Positions 28,954-39,526 of a stretch of 64,000 nt of DNA are shown here, one piece after another; the stretch's first letter is position 1; every line of letters starts with the position of its first letter. The translations under genes and the position numbers were made by a program. The DNA comes from an uncultured Verrucomicrobiae bacterium (GTDB lineage: Bacteria > Verrucomicrobiota > Verrucomicrobiia > Chthoniobacterales > JAFAMB01). The stretch covers positions 480,001 to 544,000 of the forward strand of contig CAVXLD010000007.1 in NCBI GenBank assembly GCA_963762565.1, read 5' to 3'. The notes under the pieces are model-generated. The model saw only the letters and a list, made by a program, of their open reading frames with translations. It made no database searches and had not been told where the DNA came from.

Positions 28954-29416
28954 GCAACTTTACACTGCCTGGGTCGACGGGGCTCTGAGTAAAGACGAGG
29001 CAGCCGCTTTTGAAAAGCAGCATCCGGAGTTGCTGAAGGAACGTGATGACATGTCTAAACTCAAAAAGCTGCTGCAGGGTAACCTCGTCCCCGCTGAGTT
29101 CGCGCATGCCGAGTTTTTCACCACTAAGCTCATGGAACAGATCGTGCCGGCGGAACGCACCTTGCCGTCCTGGTTCCATGTTCCTCGGTTGGCATGGGGC
29201 GGCATCGGCTCGTTGGCCGCGGCGCTTGCGCTTTCCCTTCTATTAATTCCTCACGGAAACCATTCAGCGGCGTATCCCGAGTACGTGGCTGAGGTGATAA
29301 AGACAACCACCACCGATCCGAAGATCAGTGCGACCGTCGACTCGGAAAAAGGAATTACACTGATCAAGCTTGACGGAGTGGACAAAGTGCCGGATGACGA
29401 AGATCTGACCCGTTAG
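28940..29416 (+). CDS. Anti-sigma factor (membrane-anchored)
   Basis: Overlaps sigma stop; AWVDG.L N-terminus, single TM. Confidence 0.75.
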   Translation: MKTFEQLYTAWVDGALSKDEAAAFEKQHPELLKERDDMSKLKKLLQGNLVPAEFAHAEFFTTKLMEQIVPAERTLPSWFHVPRLAWGGIGSLAAALALSLLLIPHGNHSAAYPEYVAEVIKTTTTDPKISATVDSEKGITLIKLDGVDKVPDDEDLTR

Positions 29417-29465
29417 CGCGGTTAACCGGCGAATGCATAAACGCATTCGCCGGTTAACCGCGCTA
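29414..29465. terminator. Perfect 23-bp hairpin after anti-sigma gene (terminator or REP)
   Basis: tagcgcggttaaccggcgaatgc-ataaac-gcattcgccggttaaccgcgcta; no clear U-tract. Confidence 0.5.
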
Positions 29466-29605
29466 TTGCTGACTCGTCCGGCAAGGCCGGGCAATTCAGC
29501 AGGGATTTCTGGGGAGAGAGTTGCAAAAATCTGGTTTTGATCCGGCACGTGAACCCTGCGCGCTACTAACTGCTACAGAGCGCTGCACGCTTTCTACCAT
29601 CCGAC

Positions 29606-30220
29606 TTGAATAGAACGCCTTCGCAATACTTGGCTTACTTGAAATCGCAGCAGATAATTCTGGCTCGGCCGGAATTGTCTGCTGCGATATTAGCCGGCAT
29701 CGCCCGTAAATGCGTGTGCATTTACGGGCGATGCCGGCTGCTGCGATGGTTGGTGGTTAGCCTGGCCGGGTTCGCGTTTGGCATCTCGATGGTGGCGCCT
29801 GCTCACGCCAGCGACAAATTGTGGGCCTGCCTTTTGTTTGCATCCAACGAGAAGATGAGCCGGGATGTTCCGTCATGGCTCAAGAATTACAACGAACGCC
29901 TCACGAAGCTGGTTGGTTATACCAGCCTGCGTTCGCTTGGTCAGGGTGAAGTCCCCTTGCAACCCGGAAAGCCAGCGGTAGTTAACTTGCGGGGCGCCAT
30001 GCGGATTCAAGTGAACAATTGGATCCGCGAAGGGAACGGGAGATTCCTGGTAAATATCAAATTTTTTCGGCGGGATCGTCCCCTAATAGAAACACAAGCG
30101 CGAATCTCTCGCGGCAGTCCTTTGTTTTTCCGCGCTCAGACGTGGCGCAATGGACGGCTCATTGTGGCTGTCGTGATCGGTTATAGGAATGGATGGGATA
30201 TATGGGATCCATTCGACTAG
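29606..30220 (+). CDS. Hypothetical exported protein (true start probably downstream)
   Basis: Signal-like segment ending APAHA followed by beta-rich domain. Confidence 0.5.
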   Translation: MNRTPSQYLAYLKSQQIILARPELSAAILAGIARKCVCIYGRCRLLRWLVVSLAGFAFGISMVAPAHASDKLWACLLFASNEKMSRDVPSWLKNYNERLTKLVGYTSLRSLGQGEVPLQPGKPAVVNLRGAMRIQVNNWIREGNGRFLVNIKFFRRDRPLIETQARISRGSPLFFRAQTWRNGRLIVAVVIGYRNGWDIWDPFD

Positions 30221-30467
30221 CCAGCCTGCATCGCAGACAAATGCGTCAGGCATTTGTCTGCGATGCAGGCTAAGGCAGCAGAATATCGGCTACGCCTGGA
30301 TATTCTGCTGCTCTTTGAAGCAAACTCATAAGTCCCATTTGTCCCACAAGTCTCATCCGTTGCCCGCGCTCCAGGCATCGATTTATCTCATCTCGTTCGA
30401 CGCTGATACGCCCATTCGCCGGTGCGCCCTTTCGCCCATTGCCGTTTCGCCCATTTGCCGTTTCGCG

Positions 30468-31340
30468 TTACGCCACACGCCCAGCGCCCGAGTACAGATT
30501 AAATCGGTTGTTGCGCAAAAAGCCGACCAGCGTCATTCCGTATCGTTGAGCGAGGTCGACCGCGAGCGAGGACGGCGCGCCAACAGCAGCCATGATCGGG
30601 ATCCCCGCCATGAGACTCTTCTGAACCAGCTCGAAGCTGGCGCGTCCACTGACCAGTAGTATTAAGTCCGAGAAATCGGTTCGACCGGCCAACAGCTCGT
30701 TCCCGATCAATCGATCCAGCGCGTTGTGTCGCCCCACGTCTTCGCTGATCGCGCAAAGATGACCTCGCCCATCAAAAATAGCGGATGCATGGATACCGCC
30801 GGTCCGCGAGAACTCGGATTGATAGCGAGTTAAAATTTCGGGCAATGTTACCAGCAGCTGAGGCGGAACCTTCGGCCAGGAAGAATTCAGATAAATCTCG
30901 CGGGTAATGCGGAGCGCTTCCAAAGACGTTTTGCCGCAAACCCCGCAACTCGACGTGGTATAGAAATGTCGTTCGAGTCGCTGCAAATTAACTTCTTCGT
31001 TGAGAGTAACCACCACGGAATTTTCGCCTTCTTGATCGACTGCGCTTAACATCGAGATCTCGCGAAGAATGCCTTCAGTAAAAAGGAATCCTACCGCTAA
31101 AGCTCGGTCGGATCCCGGGGTGCGCATGGTGATGGAAAGGGGCTTCCGCACCAGGTTACTACCACGGCGAAATTTCACACTGATCTCGAGCGGTTCTTCT
31201 ACGGTCAGATCGTCCCTCGACATCTGACCTGAAGTCACATTGGCGGTGTATTTCAGTATCGAGACCTGGGCGACTCCTTCTGATGAAGCGGGCGTTTCCA
31301 CGGCTGGTTCCACGATAAACCTCATGAGGGGTGGCTGCAA
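30468..31340 (-). CDS. fdhD: Formate dehydrogenase accessory sulfurtransferase
   Basis: EEPL, MRTPG.D..L..GFL.TEG, SSCGVCG, TGGIHA, EDVGRHNALD, SGRAS.ELVQK. Confidence 0.95.
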   Translation of the reverse strand: MQPPLMRFIVEPAVETPASSEGVAQVSILKYTANVTSGQMSRDDLTVEEPLEISVKFRRGSNLVRKPLSITMRTPGSDRALAVGFLFTEGILREISMLSAVDQEGENSVVVTLNEEVNLQRLERHFYTTSSCGVCGKTSLEALRITREIYLNSSWPKVPPQLLVTLPEILTRYQSEFSRTGGIHASAIFDGRGHLCAISEDVGRHNALDRLIGNELLAGRTDFSDLILLVSGRASFELVQKSLMAGIPIMAAVGAPSSLAVDLAQRYGMTLVGFLRNNRFNLYSGAGRVA

Positions 31341-31403
31341 TGGCGTGTCGGCGAATGGGCGTGTGGGCGAGACGGCGAAAGGGCGAAAGGGCGAAACGGG
31401 TCG

Positions 31404-31617
31404 GTAGGGCGAAAATCTCGGCGCGCCCGTGACAGACCATTTCTAACGATGTCTACGCGCCGGATTTGCGCCATGCGTGCGCGCTGTAATGTTGAGCACG
31501 TCATCGTTCTGAGGACCATCCAAGCCAGTGAGGTAGCAACCCCACGGCGCGGCTCAAATCCGGCGCGCCTACACGTGATCTGATGGTCTATCTTCGGCGC
31601 GCCGAGATTTTCGCCCT
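31404..31617. mobile_element. Second non-autonomous GTAG REP-pair element, nested in (GGCGAAA)n/(TTCGCCC)n arms
   Basis: gtagggcgaaaatctcggcgcgcc ... ggcgcgccgagattttcgccct. Confidence 0.85.
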
Positions 31618-31703
31618 TTCGCCCTTTCGCCCTTTCGCCCCTTCGCCCCTTCGCCGAGTCACCACGCCGTTGCCAGCTGTCACCGAGCGGCCTATGATAT
31701 CTG

Positions 31704-32210
31704 GTGCCGGATTTCGAAATTACGCACCTCTATATTTCGCCGGGCCATAACTTCTTCGGTCATGAGCCTGGTAAACCGTCCGGCAATCCAGTTCGTGAGG
31801 TGCCCTCGATTTGGTGCGTCGCGAGGAAGGGAATCGAAGGAGATCGTTTCTTCGGTTATAAGGAGTCCTATAAAGGACAGATAACGTTTTTTGAGGAGGA
31901 GACATATAACGATCTCTGTGCTCAACTCGAGATCTGGGACCGGCCGCCATCGGTCTTTCGGCGCAATGTCATCACTCGCGGTGTCAGGCTAAATGAACTA
32001 ATCGGGCACGAGTTCACGGTTGGTGACGTCCGTCTTTTGGGAACGGAAGAGAGCCGGCCTTGTTTCTGGATGGACCACGCCTTTGGCCCCGGTGCTAAAG
32101 CAGCGTTGAAAGGGCGAGGGGGGTTACGGGCACAGGTTCTTAGCACGGGGCGGCTGACGGTCAGTCCGAGCTTGTCAGAAGCTCGGAAGGAGCTAGGAGC
32201 TAGAATCTAG
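31704..32210 (+). CDS. MOSC domain protein
   Basis: GIEGDRF, FRRNV, RPC..M, GRGGLRA.V. Confidence 0.85.
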   Translation: MPDFEITHLYISPGHNFFGHEPGKPSGNPVREVPSIWCVARKGIEGDRFFGYKESYKGQITFFEEETYNDLCAQLEIWDRPPSVFRRNVITRGVRLNELIGHEFTVGDVRLLGTEESRPCFWMDHAFGPGAKAALKGRGGLRAQVLSTGRLTVSPSLSEARKELGARI

Positions 32211-32224
32211 GAGCTAGGAGGTGC

Positions 32225-32448
32225 GGCTTTGGTGGGGCGAGGCTCCTGAACGATCCAACCGTTCGAGCGAAGCGATTGGTACTGCATGCCATGGCGTATG
32301 GCTAGATCTTAAATCGCGCCGAGCCGTGTTCTATCGTGGGCCATGGCTCGGCGCGTCTATCGGCCTTGCTTACTCATCTCTTGGCGTTCGTACGATGTAC
32401 CATTGGTCAATCGCTGGGCTCTGCGGGAGCCTCGCCCCACCAAAAGCC
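32225..32448. repeat. REP-like inverted element (ggtggggcgaggctcc family)
   Basis: Outer ggtggggcgaggctcc/ggagcctcgccccacc, inner cgcgccgagcc/ggctcggcgcg; sister copy 52318-52542; flanked by (GAGCTAG)n. Confidence 0.8.
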
Positions 32449-32511
32449 CTCCCACCTCTCCTAGCTCCTTCCCGTTGACTCCCCCTTGCTCTCGCCGGAC
32501 GTTCTGGTGCT

Positions 32512-34233
32512 ATGGCTAACATCCGAGTCGTCTTGCTAATTGGATTGACTGCGATCGCGGCCAATCCAGCTTTCTCACAAATGGACCGAATCACTGGTAA
32601 GCCGTTTGTCACCCGCTCCGAAGTCATTGCTAAGAATGGGATGGCAGCAACGGCGCAACCTTTAGCTACCCAAGTTGCCATCGATGTTCTCAAGAAAGGT
32701 GGATCGGCCGTTGACGCTGCCATCGCGGCGAATGCGACCCTTGGCTTAATGGAGCCGGTCAGTTGTGGAGTCGGCGGTGACTTATTTGCCATCGTTTGGG
32801 ACGCGAAGACTCAGAAATTATACGGCATCAACGGCAGTGGCCGGTCGCCAAAGGGGCTTTCCTATGACCAGATGAAAGCAGAGCTGGCCAAGCAGGGGCT
32901 AAAAGGCATCCCTAAGTTCGGCATGCTCAGCATTAGCGTTCCTGGAGCAGTCGACGCCTGGTTCGAGCTTCATAATCGGTTCGGGAAGCTGCCCATGCAA
33001 GAGGACCTGGCTCCCGCTATTCAATATGCTACCGAAGGATTTCCGGTGACGGAGTACATCGCTTATCTTTGGCAGCGTAATCTTCCGGTTATCGCCCATC
33101 AGCCTGGCGCTGTGGTGCAGACGTATACGATTAACGGGTCGGCGCCCAAAAAAGGGGACGTCTTCAAAAATCCGGATCTGGCTGATACCTATCGGATCAT
33201 TGCCGAGAAAGGAAGGGATGCATTCTACAATGGTCCGATAACCGACAAGATCGACGCATTTTTTAGGGCCAACGGAGGTTTCCTACGAAAGGAAGACTTT
33301 AGTTCCCATCATTCCGAATGGGTGGATCTGGTTTCAACCGACTACCGCGGATACGACATTTACGAGCTGCCACCTAACACTCAGGGAGGGACGGTGCTCG
33401 AGATGTTAAATATTTTGGAAGGTTTCGACCTCAAGGCGATGGGTTTTGGTAAACCCGACACGCTCCATGTGATGATCGAAGCGAAGAAACTCGCGTTTGA
33501 AGATCGAGCCCGAATGTACGCCGACCCTGCCTTTTATCCACCTCCGATGGCGCGGCTATTGTCGAAAGAATATGCGGCGGAGCGCCGCAAGTTAATCGAC
33601 ATGAAAAGAGCGGCTCTCCATTACGATGCGGGAGATGCCAAGTTAGCTCAAGGCGATACGACCTATCTCTGCGTGGCGGACAAAGAGGGAAATATGGTTT
33701 CGTTAATCCAAAGTAACTTCCGCGGGATGGGATCGGGAGTCGTTGTTCCGGGACTAGGCTTTGGATTCCAGGACCGAGGAGAGTTGTTTTCTATGGATCC
33801 CGCCCATCCGAACGTTTATGCGCCTGGGAAACGCCCGTTTCATACCATTATCCCCGGGTTCGTCATGAAAGATGGCAAACCTTGGTTGGCTTTTGGAGTC
33901 ATGGGCGGCGATATGCAACCGATGGGACATGTGCAGGTCCTCACGAATCTGATCGATTTCGGTATGAACCTGCAGGAAGCAGGGGATGCGGCTCGTTGGC
34001 AACATGAAGGTTCTTCCGAGCCCACCGGCGGTACTATGACGGACGGCGGTTGGGTTAACTTCGAGTCCGGTTACCCGTATGAAAGCATCCGCGAGTTAAT
34101 GAACCGGGGCCATCACATTCGTTTTGATCTTGGCGGTTATGGCGGCTATCAAGCGATTATGCGCGACGATCAACAGGGCGTTTATTACGGCGCATCTGAA
34201 AGCCGAAAAGATGGATGTGCGATAGGGTATTGA
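32512..34233 (+). CDS. ggt: Gamma-glutamyltransferase (exported)
   Basis: GG.AVDAAIA, GVGGD.F, SVPG, DTTY (autocleavage Thr), PGKRPFHT, GVMGG, R.DG C-terminus; signal peptide. Confidence 0.95.
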   Translation: MANIRVVLLIGLTAIAANPAFSQMDRITGKPFVTRSEVIAKNGMAATAQPLATQVAIDVLKKGGSAVDAAIAANATLGLMEPVSCGVGGDLFAIVWDAKTQKLYGINGSGRSPKGLSYDQMKAELAKQGLKGIPKFGMLSISVPGAVDAWFELHNRFGKLPMQEDLAPAIQYATEGFPVTEYIAYLWQRNLPVIAHQPGAVVQTYTINGSAPKKGDVFKNPDLADTYRIIAEKGRDAFYNGPITDKIDAFFRANGGFLRKEDFSSHHSEWVDLVSTDYRGYDIYELPPNTQGGTVLEMLNILEGFDLKAMGFGKPDTLHVMIEAKKLAFEDRARMYADPAFYPPPMARLLSKEYAAERRKLIDMKRAALHYDAGDAKLAQGDTTYLCVADKEGNMVSLIQSNFRGMGSGVVVPGLGFGFQDRGELFSMDPAHPNVYAPGKRPFHTIIPGFVMKDGKPWLAFGVMGGDMQPMGHVQVLTNLIDFGMNLQEAGDAARWQHEGSSEPTGGTMTDGGWVNFESGYPYESIRELMNRGHHIRFDLGGYGGYQAIMRDDQQGVYYGASESRKDGCAIGY

Positions 34234-34607
34234 GCAGGGAGGGGCTTCTGCTCGTTCTCGTCGTCCTTTCGCCTTCGCCGACTCCTTGGTTGTGGAGCGC
34301 GCCTCGCTTGCGACGCCGACTTCGAGCGGTTGGCAACATAGACCGTGGGCTACGGCGGACAGGCTGTCCGCGAATCCGCGGCTCGCGGAGTGATCGTGAG
34401 TCGATTTCGTGGATAGGTGTCAGGTAACTGTCCCGAAGGGACTAAATGAAGGTAGCCAGGCATGAAATGCCTGGGTAATCGGCAAACATGGTCCGTCCCG
34501 GAGGGAACGGTATGATCCGAGGCGCGAGGTTTTGTTCACGCCTAAAGACAATCGTAGACCCTCGTCGAGCGATCATACCGCAGCCTCCGGCGGGTATCTT
34601 GATGAAG

Positions 34608-34869
34608 GTAGGTGTACGCAGTACCGATATCTTTCGGTTGCAACGTCGTCATGCCTAAGTAGCCCAGCATACCGGCGGCCGTATACGGGGTAGGGAGTTC
34701 CGGGGGAAAATCCAAGCCCTCAACACTGGGGGGTAAACCCGATGTGTAGTTCAAGAGCGAGGGCAGCGCGATAGGATTAAACTGCGAGCCTATCTGTAAT
34801 CCTCCTGGTTCGTTATAGTTTTGGATGGATTGGCTTTCCCAGGCTGGTTGATACTGCCTTCCCAACTTA
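34608..34869 (-). pseudogene. Internal fragment of a third serine-hydrolase paralogue
   Basis: GGLQIGSQFNPIALPSLLNYTSGLP...PYTAAGMLGYL...IGTAYTY matches both adjacent hydrolases; no start, flanked by REP-like DNA. Confidence 0.8.
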
Positions 34870-35078
34870 TGACGCGGTTGTTCGCGGCCCGGTTTCACTC
34901 GCAGACTTAGCTCAGGGAGCATAGTCTTCGGCACCGTCCTCGGGCGGATGCGAGGTCGCCGCTTGGCGACCATCGCCCAGTCCGGAGGGGCGTTGCATTC
35001 CGGGTAGCAGTTCTCTCGGATGTCGACGTCTGCAATCGTTGCAGCTTCAGCGGTTGGATAGACGCGACGCCTCGAGGA

Positions 35079-36257
35079 CTATCGACCAAACACCCGAGGA
35101 TAATTCGACTTGTCGGGCGATGGCGTGCCGCCTTTCATCGTTATCAAGATATCGTTCGCGATCGCTGATGTAACTTCTATGCCGGACGACGTCAGGGCAT
35201 TGCAATTGGTGAGAACGAAAACACCTGCTTCCGAAGGCGCGTCAGTGCCGACCCATGGCAAGAAAGTAATGTAAGTGTTAGTACCCATAATTTCACCGTC
35301 TTTCCAGACGGCGCCGCTCGGTATGAAATGATTGCCCATCCCCGGGGTTAAGAACCATCCTAATCCGAGCTTATAGCCCGCCGGTGTCTTGACAGGAGTT
35401 GCCGGTTTCTGGAGCTTGGGCAAGAGCGCATGCAAAGCCTTCGTCTTCTTAGTGTCGAACCGGCCCATGTTGAACCGTAACCAGGTCATCATATCTTTCG
35501 GCGTGGATACCACGCCGCCTGCTCCGTCATAAGCAGTTAGTCCAGGCCAGCCTGGAGCGACTTTCGACTCTGGTGAGGTAGAGTAAGTGTAACCCTGAGC
35601 AAATTCATCGATGGAAAGATCCTCAAAGAAAAAGGTGTCTTGCATCCCGAGAGGATCGAACACCATTTCCGACATCAGGCTAGCGAAGTCCGGAAGTCCG
35701 GAACTGAAGAGGGGCGCGATTTGAGCCATGATCGCGAAACCTAGATTTGAGTAGGCATATGAGGAACCGGTGCCGGATGGCGTCAGGTTCGTCATATTTA
35801 AATAACCCAACATCTGAGCGGGCGAATAAGGAACCGGTAAGTGAGGCGGCAAGTCGGTAACTGTATGGTTATCTGCGGGTAAACCGGACGTATAACTGAG
35901 CAAAGTCGACAACGGGATATTATCAAACTGTGACCCAATCTGTAAGCCGCCGGATAACATCGCTGCCGTATAGTTCTCGATTAATTGAGTCTCCCAACCT
36001 GACTGATATTGCGCACCCAACGCCGCAGCCAGGGTGGCGGTAAAAGTTTTGCTGATCGAAGCCAGCTCAAAATAAGTGTCTTCGTTCAGCGCGATTGGGG
36101 CTTTGAATTGATTGGCCAGGTTCCCTTTGAAGAAAATGTCTTCGAAGTCAAGACCAACATAACCGATCACAAATGCTAGTCCGCTGGGCTGGTTTTTGAG
36201 AAAGGGATCGACCAGACTCTCCAAATATTCCTTGGTGGGCGGCAAGATTAAGCTCAT
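35079..36257 (-). CDS. Serine hydrolase, beta-lactamase-related (class C-like fold)
   Basis: SISK (SxxK), TSGL, YSN, WKDG; no signal peptide. Confidence 0.88.
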   Translation of the reverse strand: MSLILPPTKEYLESLVDPFLKNQPSGLAFVIGYVGLDFEDIFFKGNLANQFKAPIALNEDTYFELASISKTFTATLAAALGAQYQSGWETQLIENYTAAMLSGGLQIGSQFDNIPLSTLLSYTSGLPADNHTVTDLPPHLPVPYSPAQMLGYLNMTNLTPSGTGSSYAYSNLGFAIMAQIAPLFSSGLPDFASLMSEMVFDPLGMQDTFFFEDLSIDEFAQGYTYSTSPESKVAPGWPGLTAYDGAGGVVSTPKDMMTWLRFNMGRFDTKKTKALHALLPKLQKPATPVKTPAGYKLGLGWFLTPGMGNHFIPSGAVWKDGEIMGTNTYITFLPWVGTDAPSEAGVFVLTNCNALTSSGIEVTSAIANDILITMKGGTPSPDKSNYPRVFGR

Positions 36258-36293
36258 AGCAAGACAGTGTTTTAGAAGGACAGGGTTAGCGTC

Positions 36294-37424
36294 CTAGATG
36301 CCTAACATGATGTTTAGCACGGCTTCCGCGATATATTGGCTCGCGGCAACTGCTGGAGAGCCACCAGTAAGACCGTTGGAATTCGTCAAAACGAAGACGC
36401 CGGCGGATGATGGACTACCGCTTTCAATCCAGTCGACAAAAACCATATAGCTTTCACAGCCGGGCAAGCTGCCATCCTTAACAACCTGGGTCACACCTGG
36501 CCCAATCGGTGCGGATATAAACCATCCTAAACCAGGCCGGGCCCCGTCAGATGGGCGGGTTACTGTCGTCGACGGAGCTTGGGTCTTTTGTAAGATCGGG
36601 TATAACGGGCTGGTTGTGTTCATCCCCATGTTAAACTGCAGCCAAGTCAGCACATCGCTTGGCGTCGAAACGACGCCGCCACCGCCATAGTACGCAGGGA
36701 ACACAACGTGCCCGGGATTCGCCGGCTCTGGCCCTGGATAGTTGTAACCGACCGGCAATTGATCTAAGTAGATGTCCCCGAAATAGGCGCTGTTGGACAT
36801 CATCAAAGGCCCAAGAACGAGTTCGGCCATGAGCTGGGTCAAGTCTTCGGATGCCGCGCTGCCATCAAACAGAGGAATGATTTGGGCAAGGGTGGAGAAG
36901 GCTAAGTTAGAGTAGGTGTATGCCTTACCGATATGGATGGGTTTGAGTGGGGTGCCCTTAAGATATCCCAACATTGCCGCGGGTGAATAAGGAACCGGGA
37001 GGTATTTTGGTTGCGAAGGTATTAGGGGCGGACTCACATCATCGGCTGGCAGGCCGGACGTATAATTGGCAAGTGCGAGCAGAGGGATTGGCTGGAACTG
37101 CGCGCCAACGTTAATCTTATGCGCGAATTCGCCGATGGTCTGCGTCTTCCAGTTCGGACGATACTTCTTTCCCAGAAAGGCGGCGAGAGTGGCGGTAAAG
37201 GTCTTGCTAAGTGATCCGAGCTCGAAAGGCGTGTTGTCACTTAAGTTCAGGTCGGCGTTGTACTGATTTTGGACGCTGCCCGCGAGATAGATACTCGGCT
37301 CAAATTGGAAGGTGCCAGTCGCATACCCGATGGCAAACGCCAAGCCACTGGGTTGTGCACTAAGATAGGGTTCGACCAAATTGTTGAGCTGTATCAGGTT
37401 CGGCGGGTTGACTGGGGTGCTCAT
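36294..37424 (-). CDS. Serine hydrolase, beta-lactamase-related (class C-like fold)
   Basis: SLSK, TSGL, YSN, VKDG; paralogue of 35079-36257. Confidence 0.88.
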   Translation of the reverse strand: MSTPVNPPNLIQLNNLVEPYLSAQPSGLAFAIGYATGTFQFEPSIYLAGSVQNQYNADLNLSDNTPFELGSLSKTFTATLAAFLGKKYRPNWKTQTIGEFAHKINVGAQFQPIPLLALANYTSGLPADDVSPPLIPSQPKYLPVPYSPAAMLGYLKGTPLKPIHIGKAYTYSNLAFSTLAQIIPLFDGSAASEDLTQLMAELVLGPLMMSNSAYFGDIYLDQLPVGYNYPGPEPANPGHVVFPAYYGGGGVVSTPSDVLTWLQFNMGMNTTSPLYPILQKTQAPSTTVTRPSDGARPGLGWFISAPIGPGVTQVVKDGSLPGCESYMVFVDWIESGSPSSAGVFVLTNSNGLTGGSPAVAASQYIAEAVLNIMLGI

Positions 37425-37508
37425 AAGAATTACTGCTAAACGTTTCCTGAGGGCCGGTGGAAATCGACCGCATGCAAATCGGAGAAAGGCGCCGGTTTCA
37501 AAACGCTG

Positions 37509-38084
37509 CTACGCCAAAGGATCAATCCAGACTGCCCAGCCTGAAAATACCCGCTGATTGTGGGATCCGGATCCTCTCTGTGTAGAGGGCGGAAGACCGT
37601 TCATTTTGCAAAACCGGTTCTGGATCATTTCCGGTAAAGCGATCAATTCCGGGACCAGACGTTTCTCAGCGCCGGGTCGAATGAAACGCCCTTTCTGAAG
37701 GCGAGTGGGCGTTAGGTCACGCAAACCTTCAACCACCTGGCGAACCGGGCTGACAATGAGCACGCTGGAATTACTATTTAAGGCAACATCAAGCAGCCTG
37801 GTGTCCGATAAATCGGATGCCGCAATCACAATCAGATCCGATTGTTCGTGATTCTCAGATAAACTCACGATTTCAGCGCTCGGTGATCGCAGAAGAGAGT
37901 CCACCACCTTACGGCTGTACAAATCTTTGCCCAATACAGCAACGCGGTACCTCTGAGGTTCGGCTCCAATCAAAGGCGCCGCAACGATGGCGCCGGTTGC
38001 CGCTAATGAGAGTTTAACAAAATCGCGTCTCGACCAAGTTTGCCGGTCGACGCTCCTCGAAGAATTAAATCCACGACCGCTCAC
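37509..38084 (-). CDS. Hypothetical Tat-exported protein
   Basis: SRRDFVK twin-arginine motif + hydrophobic stretch; Rossmann-like start RVAVLG. Confidence 0.6.
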   Translation of the reverse strand: MSGRGFNSSRSVDRQTWSRRDFVKLSLAATGAIVAAPLIGAEPQRYRVAVLGKDLYSRKVVDSLLRSPSAEIVSLSENHEQSDLIVIAASDLSDTRLLDVALNSNSSVLIVSPVRQVVEGLRDLTPTRLQKGRFIRPGAEKRLVPELIALPEMIQNRFCKMNGLPPSTQRGSGSHNQRVFSGWAVWIDPLA

Positions 38085-38262
38085 GGGAAGCGGTTATGTC
38101 ACAAAATCTTTGCCTTTTGGAAGCTTTTACTGAGAGACGCGTAAAAAAACAACCGCAACGCGAATTGGTTGTAAGAACACGCTGGGATCGCCCCGGGTGC
38201 GCACCAACATCCGCTCCTGTAAATAGCCGCTTTGAGCATGGGCGAGTTTGAACTCTTGTAGG

Positions 38263-38277
38263 GCAAAAGTTATGCCA
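38263..38277 (-). promoter_or_regulatory. Possible sigma-54 (-24/-12) promoter
   Basis: Minus strand TGGCATAACTTTTGC (GG-N10-GC) upstream of the Tat protein/serine hydrolase genes. Confidence 0.4.
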
Positions 38278-38347
38278 GGGCTTTGGCTCTTTCCGTGCCA
38301 CGAATTTTAGCAAAATTCGTGAGGCCTAGCACGGTTTACGTCCCAAG

Positions 38348-38980
38348 ATGAGACGGGCCAAAGCCCGTTTGCTACCCGACGTCGAAGCCGCTTCTATAAA
38401 CGACGAATTGCCGTTGAAGAATGGATGGGAGATAATCGTGCCTTTCAAAATTGATGGCCAGGCCGATCCGGGTCCAGGGCGCCGGCCTTTGCTGGATTGG
38501 CAAATGATTTCACCTGATTATTTTCGGTTGCTTCAGATCCCGTTGCTGGACAGGCGCCCTTTTGACGACACCGACACAACGAACACCGAGAACGTTATCA
38601 TCGTCGACACGTTGCTTGCCCAAAAATACTTTCCCGGCCAGGACGCGCTGGGTAAGAGAATCAAGCTCGAGGATAAAACGTGCCGAATCATCGGGGTAGC
38701 CCCGCATGTTGAGTACATGATGCCCGGTGAGGAAGAGAGCGCACCTCAAGCCTATCTTTCTTACCAACAGAGCTGCCACCTTACAAAGCGGCTCCCCTCC
38801 AGCGCGGGGCTTCGCTGGCGCAATCTGGTGGCAGAGTTCACTGGCGGTGATCCAGCGATTCAGCGCGGCCTAAACGCTATGTATGCCGATCAGGATAACT
38901 GGCCCCAACCGCAGAAACAGAGCTTTGGGATTCGCCCTGAAATTCACGACTTCATCCGGCGAGCCGCAGAGGCAAGCTAA
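38348..38980 (+). pseudogene. Chimeric remnant: MacB-like ABC permease periplasmic fragment fused to TipAS-like C-terminus
   Basis: ISPDYF..L.IPLL..R.F...D...IIV...LA.KYFPGQDALGKRI...IIGVA then RWRNLVAEFTGGDPAI...L..MY. Confidence 0.65.
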
Positions 38981-39000
38981 CCGAAACGAAGAGAAAATTA

Positions 39001-39151
39001 AATATCCGCAGATTTCGCAGATTACGCTTTAAGATAGGGTTTCATCGGGGAGTTAGAAGAACCGATTGCTAGATTTGCGGTTTATTTACCTCCCTGATAT
39101 TGCACAGCCTTAAACCGTAATCTGCGTAAATCTGTGTAATCTGCGGATATT
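39001..39151. repeat. Inverted element with (CGCAGATTA/T)n arms
   Basis: aatatccgcagatttcgcagattacgc ... aatctgcgtaaatctgtgtaatctgcggatatt. Confidence 0.8.
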
Positions 39152-39421
39152 AACCGATTCTTTGGGCTCTGCGGATACCATGGCGCCACCCGCAGAAACA
39201 GAGTTTTGCAATTCGCCCTGAAATTCACGCCTTCATCCGGCGAGCGATCGAGGCAGCGTAGCCAAAACAGAAAATAATATCCGCAAAACGGATCACGCTT
39301 ATTTCGTTGTCCGTAGGGGGCTAAGAGCGATTTCTCCTTGTGCGGTTTATTTACCTCCCTGACCCTGGACGGCCTGTGAAATGACGGTTTCTTAGGCTTG
39401 TTCGACCCCGACCGGCGATAG

Positions 39422-39526
39422 ACGATTCCCAATCCGCACGGAAGCGGCGAGATTGGCGTGAACTTGCTAAAGCTGATTCTGAAAGAAGCCGGAATTACGC
39501 GAAAGGAATGGTTCAGCGCTCGATAA
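39422..39526 (+). pseudogene. C-terminal fragment of HicA-family toxin
   Basis: TIPNPHGSGEIGVNLLKLILKEAGITRKEW*, preceded by in-frame stop. Confidence 0.6.

Noticed and set aside
35079..37424. True AmpC beta-lactamase resistance genes
   Set aside because: No signal peptides and KDG for KTG; better called generic serine hydrolases
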